Assembly: GCA_963666515.2 (NCBI GenBank)
Contig: OY762897.2
Span: 1,536,001-1,600,000 of the forward strand
Length of the DNA stretch: 64,000 nucleotides
Direction of reading: 5' to 3'
Origin: Candidatus Binatia bacterium
GTDB taxonomy: Bacteria > Desulfobacterota > Binatia > UBA9968 > JAJDTQ01
How positions within the stretch are numbered: the first letter of the stretch is position 1; the number at the start of each line of letters is the position of its first letter. The notes beneath the pieces were generated by a model. That model worked only from the letters and a program-made list of their open reading frames with translations. It searched no databases and had not been told where the DNA came from. The position numbers and the translations under genes are program-made. Below, in pieces: positions 41,318 to 50,954 of the stretch.

Positions 41318-42745
41318 TTACATCGCCGCCTGCCGCCGCGGCGCGCGGACCTCGACCTGCCGTCCGGTCGAAGGGAATATCTTGTTGGGGTTGCAACGGT
41401 CCTCGGGATCGAACACGGCGCGCACGTCCTCCATGACGCTCAGGTCGTCAGGCGTGAAGATCAGCGGCATCAGCGCCACCTTTTCCACCCCGATGCCGTG
41501 CTCGCCGGTGAGGCTGCCGCCCAGGGCCACGCATTCCCGGAGGATCTCGCGGCCCGCGGCCACCACCCGCTCGGTCTCGTCCCGGTCCCGCTCGTCGTAG
41601 AGGAGAATCGGATGGATGTTCCCGTCGCCCGCGTGGAAGACATTGCCGATCCTGAGATCGTATGCGTCGCCGATGGCCTCGATGCGCTGCATGATCTCCG
41701 GCAGCCGGTTGGGCGGCACCACGCCGTCCTGGCAGCAATAGTTGGGAGCCAGGCGTCCGAGGGCCCCGAAGGCCCGCTTGCGGCACTTCCACAGCGCTTC
41801 CCGCTCTGCGTCGTCCCGGGCGACCCGTATCCCGGTGGCGCCGTTAGCCTCGCAGACCTCGCGGATGCGAGCGGCGGCGCCGTCGAGACCGGCCTCCGGC
41901 CCGTCCAGCTCCACGATCAGCACCGCGCCGGCGTCCCGAGGGAAACCGAAGTGGAAAGCATCCTCCACCGCCTGGATGATGAGCCGGTCCAGCATCTCCA
42001 GGGCCGCGGGAACGACGCCGCTGGCGACGATGCCGGCCACCGCGGCGCTGCCGTCGGCAACGGAATCGAAAATCGCGAGCAGGGTCTTGTAGCCCTGGGG
42101 CAAGGGACAGAGCCTGAGAATCGCCTCGGTGACGATGCCGAAGGTACCCTCCGAGCCGACGGTGACGCCGAGGAGGTCGTATCCCGGCGTGTCCTCGGTC
42201 ATGCCGCCGAGATGGACCACCTCGCCGTCCGGCAACACCAGCGTGACGCCGAGCACGTGGTTGGTGGTGACGCCGTACTTGAGCGTGTGGGGACCGCCGG
42301 AGTTCTCGGCCACGTTGCCGCCGATGGAGCAGGCCATCTGGCTCGAAGGGTCCGGCACGTAGTGAAGGCCGTGGGGCCTGGCCGCCCGGCTGACCCAGGC
42401 GTTGATCACGCCGCTCTCCACCACGGCTCGCCGGTTGGCCGGATCCAGCTCCAGGATACGGTTCATGCGGGTGAGGCTGACCATCACCGGCGCTCCCAGC
42501 GGCAGGCAGCCGCCGCTCAGGCCGGTGCCGGTGCCGCGGGGGACGAACGGAACGCCTTCGGCGTTGAGCAGCTTCAGGACCGCCGCCACCTCGTCGGTGG
42601 AACGCGGCAGCACCACCACGTCGGGGATCGACTTCTCCAGCGTGTACCCGTCGCAATCGTAGACGCTCAACTCGGTGGCATGAGAAACCACGCCGTCGCC
42701 GCCCACGACGTTCCGCAAGGAGCTTTGCAGCCCTTCGGTGATCAT
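41318..42745 (-). CDS. glcD: Glycolate oxidase subunit (FAD-linked oxidase)
   Basis: RGTGTGLSGG, PDPSS, KYGVT, HAGDGNIHP and GEHGIG motifs. Confidence 0.93.
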   Translation of the reverse strand: MITEGLQSSLRNVVGGDGVVSHATELSVYDCDGYTLEKSIPDVVVLPRSTDEVAAVLKLLNAEGVPFVPRGTGTGLSGGCLPLGAPVMVSLTRMNRILELDPANRRAVVESGVINAWVSRAARPHGLHYVPDPSSQMACSIGGNVAENSGGPHTLKYGVTTNHVLGVTLVLPDGEVVHLGGMTEDTPGYDLLGVTVGSEGTFGIVTEAILRLCPLPQGYKTLLAIFDSVADGSAAVAGIVASGVVPAALEMLDRLIIQAVEDAFHFGFPRDAGAVLIVELDGPEAGLDGAAARIREVCEANGATGIRVARDDAEREALWKCRKRAFGALGRLAPNYCCQDGVVPPNRLPEIMQRIEAIGDAYDLRIGNVFHAGDGNIHPILLYDERDRDETERVVAAGREILRECVALGGSLTGEHGIGVEKVALMPLIFTPDDLSVMEDVRAVFDPEDRCNPNKIFPSTGRQVEVRAPRRQAAM

Positions 42746-42748
42746 ATG

Positions 42749-43252
42749 TCAGCCGCCGTAGAAGACCTTCTCCCCCAAGTCCTTCATGATGAGCGTGGCG
42801 TCGTCGGCGCGTCCCTCGATCTCGCCCCGCACGCCCGCTTCCACCACCTCGCCGATGAAGACGGAGTGGTCGCCCTTCTCCACCGTCTCCACGAGCTTGC
42901 ACTCGACGTAGGCCGGGGTGCTGGCCAGCACCGGAGCCCCGGTCGCCCCGGCGGTGAACGCCTCGCCGCCGATGGTGTCGCCTTCCCGCTCCAGAGACTT
43001 GAAGAAGGCGAATGCCTGCCCTTGCTGCCCCTTGCCCAGCACGTTCAGGGCGAAGCTGCCGGATTCCTTGATGATCTCGTGCGCACCCGAGTCCGCCTTG
43101 ACCCCCACCACCACCAGAGGCGGCGCGAAGGATGCCTGGGTCACCCAGTTCACGGTGGCCGCGGCCACCCGGCCGTCCTTGGCCTCACTGGTGAGGACGT
43201 ACAGTCCATAGGGGATCATGCGAAGCGCGGTCTTCTTGGCATCGGCGTCCAT
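42749..43252 (-). CDS. Flavin reductase-like family protein
   Basis: YGLYVLT, VTQASFAPP and GDHSVFIGEV motifs; GGAGG RBS. Confidence 0.9.
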   Translation of the reverse strand: MDADAKKTALRMIPYGLYVLTSEAKDGRVAAATVNWVTQASFAPPLVVVGVKADSGAHEIIKESGSFALNVLGKGQQGQAFAFFKSLEREGDTIGGEAFTAGATGAPVLASTPAYVECKLVETVEKGDHSVFIGEVVEAGVRGEIEGRADDATLIMKDLGEKVFYGG

Positions 43253-43344
43253 TCGTTCCTCCTCTTGAATTTCCGATTGTCGTTTGAACCGACCGCAAAG
43301 TTAGCAATTCCGGTGGAAGCCGTAAAGATGTTTGCCCTGGGGAA

Positions 43345-43416
43345 GTCAAAGCCAAACACACGCGGTTGACAATTAGACGGTTAAGGTTGACAATAGGGAG
43401 AGCATAAATTGACAAA
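43345..43416 (+). promoter_or_regulatory. Three phased TTGACAA direct repeats plus one inverted half-site; candidate operator/promoter array
   Basis: TTGACAA at 43366, 43387 and 43409 (spacing 21 and 22 nt); GTCAA at 43345. Confidence 0.6.
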
Positions 43417-43430
43417 AGGGGAAACCGACT

Positions 43431-44477
43431 GTGGCAGTTTCACGCGAACGGGGCCGAGTGATACGCGACTTCATCCTCACGCACGTCCACGCCCATCCGG
43501 AAAACATTGCGCAGGTCTGCGCAGACCACTTTGGCGTCTCACGGCAAGCGGTCAACAAGCATCTCCGTCGTCTTCTTGCCGATGGACTCTTGACCGCCCA
43601 GGGCGCGACGCGCAATCGCCGCTACTCCCTCTCGGTATTGGACCACAGGGACATCGTCGTTGCACTTGCCGACGGGACCGACGAGGATACGGTTTGGCGG
43701 AGGGAGGTCGAGCCGCTTCTTTCGGATTTACCCCGAAACACACGGGAGGTTTGGCAATACGGCTTTACCGAGATGCTCAACAACGCAATCGATCACTCGT
43801 CGGGAACAAGCGTGCGAATAATGGTCTCGCGGACGCCCGTTGGCGCAAAAATCAATCTGATCGACGATGGTGAGGGCATTTTCCGCAAGATCACCAGAGA
43901 ACTTCAACTTGACGACGAGCGGCATGCCGTACTCGAACTGGCAAAGGGCAAACTGACCACAGACCCCGATAACCACACGGGCGAAGGGATTTTCTTTACC
44001 TCACGACTGTTCGACGAGTTCAACATCCTTTCCCGGGAGGTCTTCTTCTCACACGACAGCGCTACCCAAGAGGATTGGATTCAGGAAACCCGGACGATTT
44101 CCAACGGCGCCGAATTCCGGGGCACGTTGGTGGTCCTCGAACTGAACAACGACACGGACAGAACGCTCAAGGAAGTCTTCGACGAATATACCGCCGATGG
44201 AGACTACGGGTTTTCCAAGACCGTCGTGCCTGTCAGTTTGGTCCGTTACGGTGACGAAGCCTTGATATCTCGCTCGCAAGCCAAACGGCTGTTGACCCGA
44301 TTTGACAGGTTCAAGAGGGTCATCCTGGACTTCAAGGGTGTCGAGCAGATCGGACAAGCGTTCGCGGACGAGGTGTTTCGTGTGTTTCCGCGATCACACC
44401 CCAATGTCGAGCTCGTCCCGTTCAACGCGAGCCCGGACGTTGAAGCGATGATTCGACGCGCTCGAAACGTGACCTGA
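43431..44477 (+). CDS. wHTH + HATPase + DUF4325 (STAS-like) domain protein
   Basis: FGVSRQAVNKHL HTH; EMLNNAIDHS, DDGEGI and TGEGIF ATP boxes; LDFKGVEQIGQAFADEVF tail. Confidence 0.85.
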   Translation: MAVSRERGRVIRDFILTHVHAHPENIAQVCADHFGVSRQAVNKHLRRLLADGLLTAQGATRNRRYSLSVLDHRDIVVALADGTDEDTVWRREVEPLLSDLPRNTREVWQYGFTEMLNNAIDHSSGTSVRIMVSRTPVGAKINLIDDGEGIFRKITRELQLDDERHAVLELAKGKLTTDPDNHTGEGIFFTSRLFDEFNILSREVFFSHDSATQEDWIQETRTISNGAEFRGTLVVLELNNDTDRTLKEVFDEYTADGDYGFSKTVVPVSLVRYGDEALISRSQAKRLLTRFDRFKRVILDFKGVEQIGQAFADEVFRVFPRSHPNVELVPFNASPDVEAMIRRARNVT

Positions 44478-44600
44478 CCCGAAACGAACCCGCGCTGACA
44501 CTCGATCCGGAACTCAAGCAACCGAGGGCCGAGACGCGGGAAACCGTGCCAATGTCCAAGGGTTTCTGGTAAATTCAAAACTCGATAGACCGACGAATCC

Positions 44601-45557
44601 ATGCGACCCAAGGTTCACATAGACGGCCACGTGGGCACCACGGGGCTGCGCATCCGCGACTGGCTCGCGGGGCGTCGAGACATCGAGCTTTCCACGCTGG
44701 ACGAGGCCAAGCGGAAGGACGACGCGGCGCGGCGCGCGGCCATCGAGGCGGCGGACCTGACGGTGCTGTGCCTGCCGGACGACGCCGCCCGAGAGGCTGC
44801 ATTGTGGGCTGGAGAATCCGGAACCCGCGTCATCGACGCCAGCACGGCGCACCGGGTCGCGGATGGGTGGACCTACGGGCTGCCGGAGCTCGATGCGGCG
44901 CGGCGCGGCGCCATCCGCGATGCCCGCTTCGTAGCCAACCCCGGTTGCTATCCCTCGGCCTTCATCCTGTTGACGCGGCCACTGGTGGACGCCGGGCTGC
45001 TGCCCCACGACACGCCGGTCTCGATCCACGCTCTGTCGGGCTATTCCGGCGGCGGACGGGGATTGATCGAGAAATGGGAGAGCGCCGAGAACGGGCTGGG
45101 CTCGCTACCTTACGAAGCGCCCTATGCCTTAGGCGCCCGGCACAAGCACATCCCCGAGATGATCGCCTACAGCGGCCTCACCACCGAGCCGCAGTTCGTG
45201 CCTGCGGTGGGACCGTTCCGTTGCGGAATGCGGGTGGAGGTGCCGATTCCTCTAGGCATGTTGCCCATGGGCGGCACCAGTTCGGCAATCCTGGAGTGTC
45301 TGCGGGAGCGCTACGACGGCGAGCCCTTCGTCCGGGTGGTCCATCATCCGGAACCGCGGAAGGCCGATGAGCGCAGCTTCGATCCGCAGGCTTGCAATGA
45401 CACCAACTCCATGGAGTTGCACGTGGTGCCCCATCCTTCGGGCCACACGCTGCTGGTGGCCCTCCTCGACAACCTGGGCAAAGGCGCCAGCGGCGTCGCC
45501 ATCCAGAACCTGAACCTCATGCTGGGGCTGCCGGAGACCGCACACCTGCCGGAGTGA
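44601..45557 (+). CDS. argC: N-acetyl-gamma-glutamyl-phosphate reductase (type 2)
   Basis: IDGHVGTTG, IDASTAHR, ANPGCY, SGYSGGG and DNLGKGASG motifs. Confidence 0.95.
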   Translation: MRPKVHIDGHVGTTGLRIRDWLAGRRDIELSTLDEAKRKDDAARRAAIEAADLTVLCLPDDAAREAALWAGESGTRVIDASTAHRVADGWTYGLPELDAARRGAIRDARFVANPGCYPSAFILLTRPLVDAGLLPHDTPVSIHALSGYSGGGRGLIEKWESAENGLGSLPYEAPYALGARHKHIPEMIAYSGLTTEPQFVPAVGPFRCGMRVEVPIPLGMLPMGGTSSAILECLRERYDGEPFVRVVHHPEPRKADERSFDPQACNDTNSMELHVVPHPSGHTLLVALLDNLGKGASGVAIQNLNLMLGLPETAHLPE

Positions 45558-45573
45558 CCCCGCCTCGCCGCTC

Positions 45574-45602
45574 CTGGATTCCGGCTTCCGCCGGAATGAC
45601 GG
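45574..45602. repeat. RPE4/CIR-like palindromic repeat between convergent genes
   Basis: CTGGATTCCGGCTTCCGCCGGAATGAC hairpin; degenerate relatives at about 46428-46453 and 62637-62690. Confidence 0.7.
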
Positions 45603-45657
45603 TTGCGACGTATTATGGCGTATTTCGCCTCGCAGCCCCGTCTGTGGAACTCGCTTC

Positions 45658-46401
45658 CTACTCCATCACGCCCTGCCAGATCAGCTTGGCCTCCACCACG
45701 ACAATGATGGTCACAATGACGCGATTGAACCATGCCTTGCTGATGTAGGGGGTCACCCGCATGCCCAAGGGCAGGAATACGGCGATGGGGACCAGCGCGA
45801 GAATACCTTGGCCGAGAAGCTGCCAGTCGAACAGGCCCGCAGCCACGACGAAAAGGAAATGCGCCGTCGTGAGCCCGAGGAACATGGTCGAAGCCGCAAA
45901 GATGTATCCTTCCTTCTCCAGGCCGAAGGCGCGTACCCACGCCGCCACCACCGCGCTGGACATGCCGGCCGCACCCTGGGAGACGCCGGCCGCGGCGGCG
46001 ATGACCGGCGAGAGCACGCGGCCGGACCGGCCGGCAAAACGCAACTCGATCCCGAACGCCAGCAGCACCAGGTAGGCGCCCACGCAAACCGCCAGCACCA
46101 GGGTCAGCATGCGCTCGTCCGCGGTGGCCAGGAACCAGGTTCCGCCGGCGACCCCCAAGGCGCCCGTCATGGTGGCGAAGGCAAGTCCCGGCACGGTGTG
46201 GAACCTGGTGCGGTAGGACCACATCACCCAAAAGTTGCTCACCATGTTGGGGATGGTGATGACGATAATGGCCTGCTGCGCGCCCAGGAATCCCGCCATG
46301 ATGGGGACGGCGATGAGCGGGAGGCCCATGCCCGTCGCTCCCTTCGAGAACGCACCGGCGCCCAGGGCTACGAAGATGATGAGCAAGGTATCGAGGTGCA
46401 T
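45658..46401 (-). CDS. TauE/SafE family (sulfite exporter-like) membrane protein
   Basis: GAFSKGATGMGLPL motif and about 8 TM segments. Confidence 0.88.
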   Translation of the reverse strand: MHLDTLLIIFVALGAGAFSKGATGMGLPLIAVPIMAGFLGAQQAIIVITIPNMVSNFWVMWSYRTRFHTVPGLAFATMTGALGVAGGTWFLATADERMLTLVLAVCVGAYLVLLAFGIELRFAGRSGRVLSPVIAAAAGVSQGAAGMSSAVVAAWVRAFGLEKEGYIFAASTMFLGLTTAHFLFVVAAGLFDWQLLGQGILALVPIAVFLPLGMRVTPYISKAWFNRVIVTIIVVVEAKLIWQGVME

Positions 46402-46605
46402 GTCAGCAAATGGGTGTCAGGAACCGGTTTCCGGGTCAAGCCCGGATTGACGGGCGTGCCTCTTGAATGACGGGTCGGACACCACGCTGGACGGGCTCCA
46501 TGGGCTCTTGCACTCGGAACTTCAACCGGAGTAATGTGCGGGCGTGTCAAGCTCGGGCGGAATCAAGGGCTTATCAAACGAATCGGCAACAAGGAGGATT
46601 TGACC

Positions 46606-48183
46606 ATGTTGAACGCTTCGAAAAGGCTCCTGCTGTTCCTGTTTCTCGCGCTTCCGTTGGCTCTGGGCACGCCGGCTCTCGCGGCCGACACCGGCAAGAC
46701 GCTCCGGTACGCCGCCGGAAGCTTTGGCGAGGAATCCATGGATCCCACCCGCACTTCCATCAGCGCTTCGCTGGGGCTGGTGGGTCCGCTGTGGGACTGG
46801 CTCACGGAGATCGACGCCGCCGGCAAGCTCACGCCGGGGCTGGCGCTGAGCTGGAAGGCCGGGGAGGACGGAAAATCCTGGACCTTCAAGCTGCGGCCCG
46901 GGGTCAAGTTTCACGACGGCAGCGAGATGACCGCCGAGGACGTGCAGTTCACGCTGATGGAGGGGTTCCGCCGGCCCAAGGCCAAGGCGTCCCGGGTGCG
47001 GCAGTTCCGCAAGGGCATCAAGGACGTGCAGGTGGTGGACCGCCACACGGTGACGGTGGTCACGGCGAAACCGTGGCCCACCTTTCCCTATGACATGTCC
47101 TTTCAGCCCGGCATCGAGGGCATCGTGCTCCCCAAAGCCTACATCGAGAAGGTCGGCTGGGACGGCTTCGCTCAGAAGCCCGTGGGCACCGGGCCCTGGA
47201 AGTTCGTCAAGCACGAGGTCGGCAACTTCATCGAGTTCGAGGCCGTCAAGGACCACTGGCGCCAGTCGCCGAACTTCGACCGCCTGCGCACCGTGCTGGT
47301 GAAGGAAGCGGCCACACGCGTGGCGATGCTGAAGACCGGACAGGTGGACGTGGCGCGTATCTCGCTGGACGAGGTTCAGGACGTGACCAAGGCCGGTCTC
47401 AAGATCGCCGAGGACCCCCAGCCCACGTCGGTGCGCATCCATCTCTACGCCACCTACTATGACAAGGCCGGTCCGGTGAAGGACGTGCGCGTGCGCCAGG
47501 CCCTGAACCTGGCGGTCAACAGGCAGGAGATCGTGGACACGCTGCTGCACGGCAAGGGCAAGCCGGCGGCGGTGTTCCCAAGCTCCCCCATCTCCATCGG
47601 CTATCCCACGGACCTGAAGCCGTACCCCTATGACCCGGCCAAGGCCAAGAAGCTGCTGGCGGAAGCGGGCTATCCCAACGGCTTCTCCATCAAGCTGTTC
47701 GCGCTGCCCACCGGCGGCTTCACGCAGTACCTCCAGCTTGCCGAGATCGTGGCGGGGTACTGGGAAGCCATCGGAGTCAAGACCAGCATCGTCCCCACCG
47801 ACATCGGGGCGTTCCGTCCGCTCTACATCGCCAACCCGCAGTCTCCCAAGATCGTGGGGCAGGCCGGCACCTTCGCCACCACCGGACGGCTCAACGGCTC
47901 CGACAGCCTGCGCATCTGGTGGTCGGCAAAGGGCAGGATCATCAAGATGGCCAACACCGTGGACGACATCGCCGCCAAAGCCGCGGGCGAAGCCACCATC
48001 GACGGCATCGCGGCCCAGGTGAGGAAGGCCTACACGATACTCCACAACGAGTACCGCGGCGTGCCCATCGCCGACGTCAAGGGCATCCTGTGGGGCTACG
48101 GGAACCAGGTGAAGGACATCCAGTTGCGGCCCCACCGGGGCTACATCGAGCCCAGCCTGGTGACCGCCGCTCCGGCCAAGTAG
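46606..48183 (+). CDS. ABC peptide/nickel-type substrate-binding protein (family 5)
   Basis: Signal peptide; FKLRPGVKFHDG, PVGTGPW and VRQALNLAVNR motifs; AGGAGG RBS. Confidence 0.93.
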   Translation: MLNASKRLLLFLFLALPLALGTPALAADTGKTLRYAAGSFGEESMDPTRTSISASLGLVGPLWDWLTEIDAAGKLTPGLALSWKAGEDGKSWTFKLRPGVKFHDGSEMTAEDVQFTLMEGFRRPKAKASRVRQFRKGIKDVQVVDRHTVTVVTAKPWPTFPYDMSFQPGIEGIVLPKAYIEKVGWDGFAQKPVGTGPWKFVKHEVGNFIEFEAVKDHWRQSPNFDRLRTVLVKEAATRVAMLKTGQVDVARISLDEVQDVTKAGLKIAEDPQPTSVRIHLYATYYDKAGPVKDVRVRQALNLAVNRQEIVDTLLHGKGKPAAVFPSSPISIGYPTDLKPYPYDPAKAKKLLAEAGYPNGFSIKLFALPTGGFTQYLQLAEIVAGYWEAIGVKTSIVPTDIGAFRPLYIANPQSPKIVGQAGTFATTGRLNGSDSLRIWWSAKGRIIKMANTVDDIAAKAAGEATIDGIAAQVRKAYTILHNEYRGVPIADVKGILWGYGNQVKDIQLRPHRGYIEPSLVTAAPAK

Positions 48184-48273
48184 CCGAGCGCGACAGCTAC
48201 GGCAGGCGGCCCGTGCCACACGGATCTCCGGTGATTCGAGCGGTACGGGCCGCCCACCTCCCAACCAGTTTCC

Positions 48274-49197
48274 ATGCAACGCTACATCGCCGGCAGGCTG
48301 ATCCAGTGCCTCGTGACGTTGCTGCTGATCAGCCTGCTGGTGTTCGCCCTGGCGCGGCTCACCGGCAACCCGCTGGACGTGATGATGCCCATCGACGCCT
48401 CGGCCGAGCTGCAGGAGGAGATGAGCCGGGAACTTGGGCTGGACCAGCCCATGTACGTCCAGTACGCGCGGTTCGTGCAGAGCCTGCTGTACGCCGACCT
48501 GGGCACCTCGATACGGACTCGCAAGCCGGTTGCGGAGCTGATCGGCCAGAGGCTTCCCAACACCCTGAAGCTCGTAACCTTCTCCACGGCGATGGCCCTG
48601 CTCATAGCCCTGCCGCTGGGGGTCATCGCGGCCACGCGGAAAGGCGGATTATGGGACGTGGGGGCGCGCACCGTGGCGCTGTTCGGCCAGTCCGTGCCCA
48701 CCTTCTGGGCCGGCATCGTGCTGATATCCATCTTCGCGGTCAACCTCGACGTCCTGCCGGCCGGGCGCAAGGAAGGCATCGAGTCGTACGTGCTGCCGGC
48801 CGTGACCCTGGGCCTTTTCGGCTTCATGCTTGCGGGGGTGGTGCGGCTCCTGCGCGGCTCCATGCTGGACGTGCTGGACAGCGAGTACGTCAAGTTCGCG
48901 CGCATGAAGGGGCTGGCCGAATCGGTGGTGACCTGGAAGCACGCGTTAAAAAACGCGCTGATCCCGGTGGTGACCTTCGTCGGCTTTTACTTCGGCATCC
49001 TCATGGCTGGAAGCGTGGTGGTGGAGACCGTGTTCGCCTGGCCGGGCATCGGACGCCTGGCCTTCGAGGCGGTCCAGTGGCGCGACTACCCGGTGATCCA
49101 GGGCGTGGTGCTGCTGGTGTCCACCATCATCCTGGCGGCCAATCTCGTGGTGGACATCCTGTACGCCTACATCGATCCGCGTATTCGCTATGGCTGA
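48274..49197 (+). CDS. ABC peptide transporter permease (DppB/OppB-like)
   Basis: LGLDQP, ARMKGL, VETVFAWPGIG and DPRIRY motifs. Confidence 0.94.
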   Translation: MQRYIAGRLIQCLVTLLLISLLVFALARLTGNPLDVMMPIDASAELQEEMSRELGLDQPMYVQYARFVQSLLYADLGTSIRTRKPVAELIGQRLPNTLKLVTFSTAMALLIALPLGVIAATRKGGLWDVGARTVALFGQSVPTFWAGIVLISIFAVNLDVLPAGRKEGIESYVLPAVTLGLFGFMLAGVVRLLRGSMLDVLDSEYVKFARMKGLAESVVTWKHALKNALIPVVTFVGFYFGILMAGSVVVETVFAWPGIGRLAFEAVQWRDYPVIQGVVLLVSTIILAANLVVDILYAYIDPRIRYG

Positions 49198-50101
49198 CTC
49201 CGACATCACCGCGACCGCGGACACCGGCGTGGCCGTCCCTGCGAGCGATCTTCCCGGATCGTTGCGCGCCCGCGCGCGCAGGCTGCTGATCGTCCCCTTG
49301 CTGATCCTCGTCACCTTCGGCGGCCTCGGGCTGCTAGCCGACGTGGTGGCCCCGTACCCCCCCAACAAGATCGCGTTGAGGGCACGCCTGCTGCCGCCGG
49401 CGTGGCAGGAGGGAGGCCGGCTGGCCCATCCGCTGGGCACCGACCGGCTTGGCCGTGACATGACCAGCCGCATCATCCATGGCGCGCGGGTGTCCATCGC
49501 CGCGGGCCTGGCGGCCGTGGCCGTGGGCGGCGTCATCGGCACCCTGCTGGGGCTTATCTCAGGCTACTTCGGACGCTGGATCGACACCCTCATCATGCGC
49601 ACCACCGACGCCATGCTGTCGCTTCCCATCATACTCATCGCGCTGCTGTTCGCGGTGGTGTTCGGCCCGAGCTTTCGGAACCTCATCGTAGTTCTCGGGC
49701 TGGTGATGTGGGCGAGGTTCGCCCGGTTGGTGCGCGGCGAGGTGCTGACCTGGAAGGAGCGGGAGTTCGTCGCCCTGGCCCGGGTGGCGGGCTGCTCGTC
49801 GTTCCGCATCCTCCAGCGCCACATCTTTCCCAACATCGTCAACCCGCTGGTGGTGCTGGCGACGCTTCAGGTGGGCTGGGTCATCATCGTGGAGGCTTCG
49901 CTGAGCTTCCTGGGCGCGGGGATTCCGCCGCCGACGCCTTCCTGGGGCGCCATGATCGCGGACGGCCGCTCGCACATCACCACGGCATGGTGGCTGTCGT
50001 TCTTCCCCGGTGTGGCGCTGGTGCTGGTGGTGCTCTCCATCAACCTGCTGGGAGACTGGCTGCGTGACTTCCTCGACCCCAGGACCCGGAACCTGACGTG
50101 A
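49190..50101 (+). CDS. ABC peptide transporter permease (DppC/OppC-like)
   Basis: HPLGTDRLGRD, EASLSFLG and LGDWLRD motifs. Confidence 0.94.
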   Translation: MADSDITATADTGVAVPASDLPGSLRARARRLLIVPLLILVTFGGLGLLADVVAPYPPNKIALRARLLPPAWQEGGRLAHPLGTDRLGRDMTSRIIHGARVSIAAGLAAVAVGGVIGTLLGLISGYFGRWIDTLIMRTTDAMLSLPIILIALLFAVVFGPSFRNLIVVLGLVMWARFARLVRGEVLTWKEREFVALARVAGCSSFRILQRHIFPNIVNPLVVLATLQVGWVIIVEASLSFLGAGIPPPTPSWGAMIADGRSHITTAWWLSFFPGVALVLVVLSINLLGDWLRDFLDPRTRNLT

Positions 50102-50214
50102 AAGCGGCCGCCGGACGTTGCCTTCGACCACCTGGGGTCCGGCGTCACAAACCTGTGGACTTTCACCCGTCGATGTGTGACACGACATCACACGCCACTT
50201 GAGGAGGCCTTGCC

Positions 50215-50931
50215 ATGTACGGATATCGCGCCCGAATCGGCTACACGTCCCCGCCCTACCTGACGGAGACCTTCCCCTACGAGTTCTACAAGATGGTCCC
50301 GGAGGGCGTGACGCTCGTCCTCACCACCCTGGCCATCAAGAAGCTCACGGAGCAGGAGACGACCCGAAGCGTCGAGATGACCCTGGAGGCGGCGCGCGAA
50401 ATGGGCAAGGCCGGCGTCGACATCATGGTTTTCGGCGGCGTCCCGCTCAACCTGTCCCTGGGCTACGAAGGACTCGATGAGACCCTGCGCAAGACCGAGG
50501 AGGAGATCGGCATCCCGGTCACCTCCAGCATCACCGCACAGGTGAACGCGCTGCGCGCCGTGGGCGCCGACAAACTGGTGCTCCTCCACCCCTTCTCCGA
50601 CCCCGAGGGCTTCCACGCCGAGTACGTCACCCACTACGGCTTCGACCTGCTGGGCTTCAGAGGCGCCCAGAAGACCGTGGCAGACCTCGCCACCATCTCG
50701 CAGGACGAGGTGAAGGCGCTCGCCGAAGCCCTCTACCGCGACCACCCCGATGCCGACACCATCTACATCCCCGCGCCCCACTGGGGCATCATCGAGCTCA
50801 TCGACCCGCTGGAGCAGGAACTCGGCGTCAACGTCATCATCGCCATTCAGGCCATCGTCTGGGAGACCCTGCGCCGCACCGGCGTGAACGACAAGATCAA
50901 CGGGTACGGGCGGCTGCTGCAGGAGCACTGA
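50215..50931 (+). CDS. Asp/Glu racemase (maleate isomerase/AMDase) fold protein lacking cysteines
   Basis: ARIG..P, EFYKMVPEGV, LEQELGVNV and GYGRLL; no Cys in the translation. Confidence 0.8.
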   Translation: MYGYRARIGYTSPPYLTETFPYEFYKMVPEGVTLVLTTLAIKKLTEQETTRSVEMTLEAAREMGKAGVDIMVFGGVPLNLSLGYEGLDETLRKTEEEIGIPVTSSITAQVNALRAVGADKLVLLHPFSDPEGFHAEYVTHYGFDLLGFRGAQKTVADLATISQDEVKALAEALYRDHPDADTIYIPAPHWGIIELIDPLEQELGVNVIIAIQAIVWETLRRTGVNDKINGYGRLLQEH

Positions 50932-50954
50932 CGCGGCGAAGAACCTCACTCACT

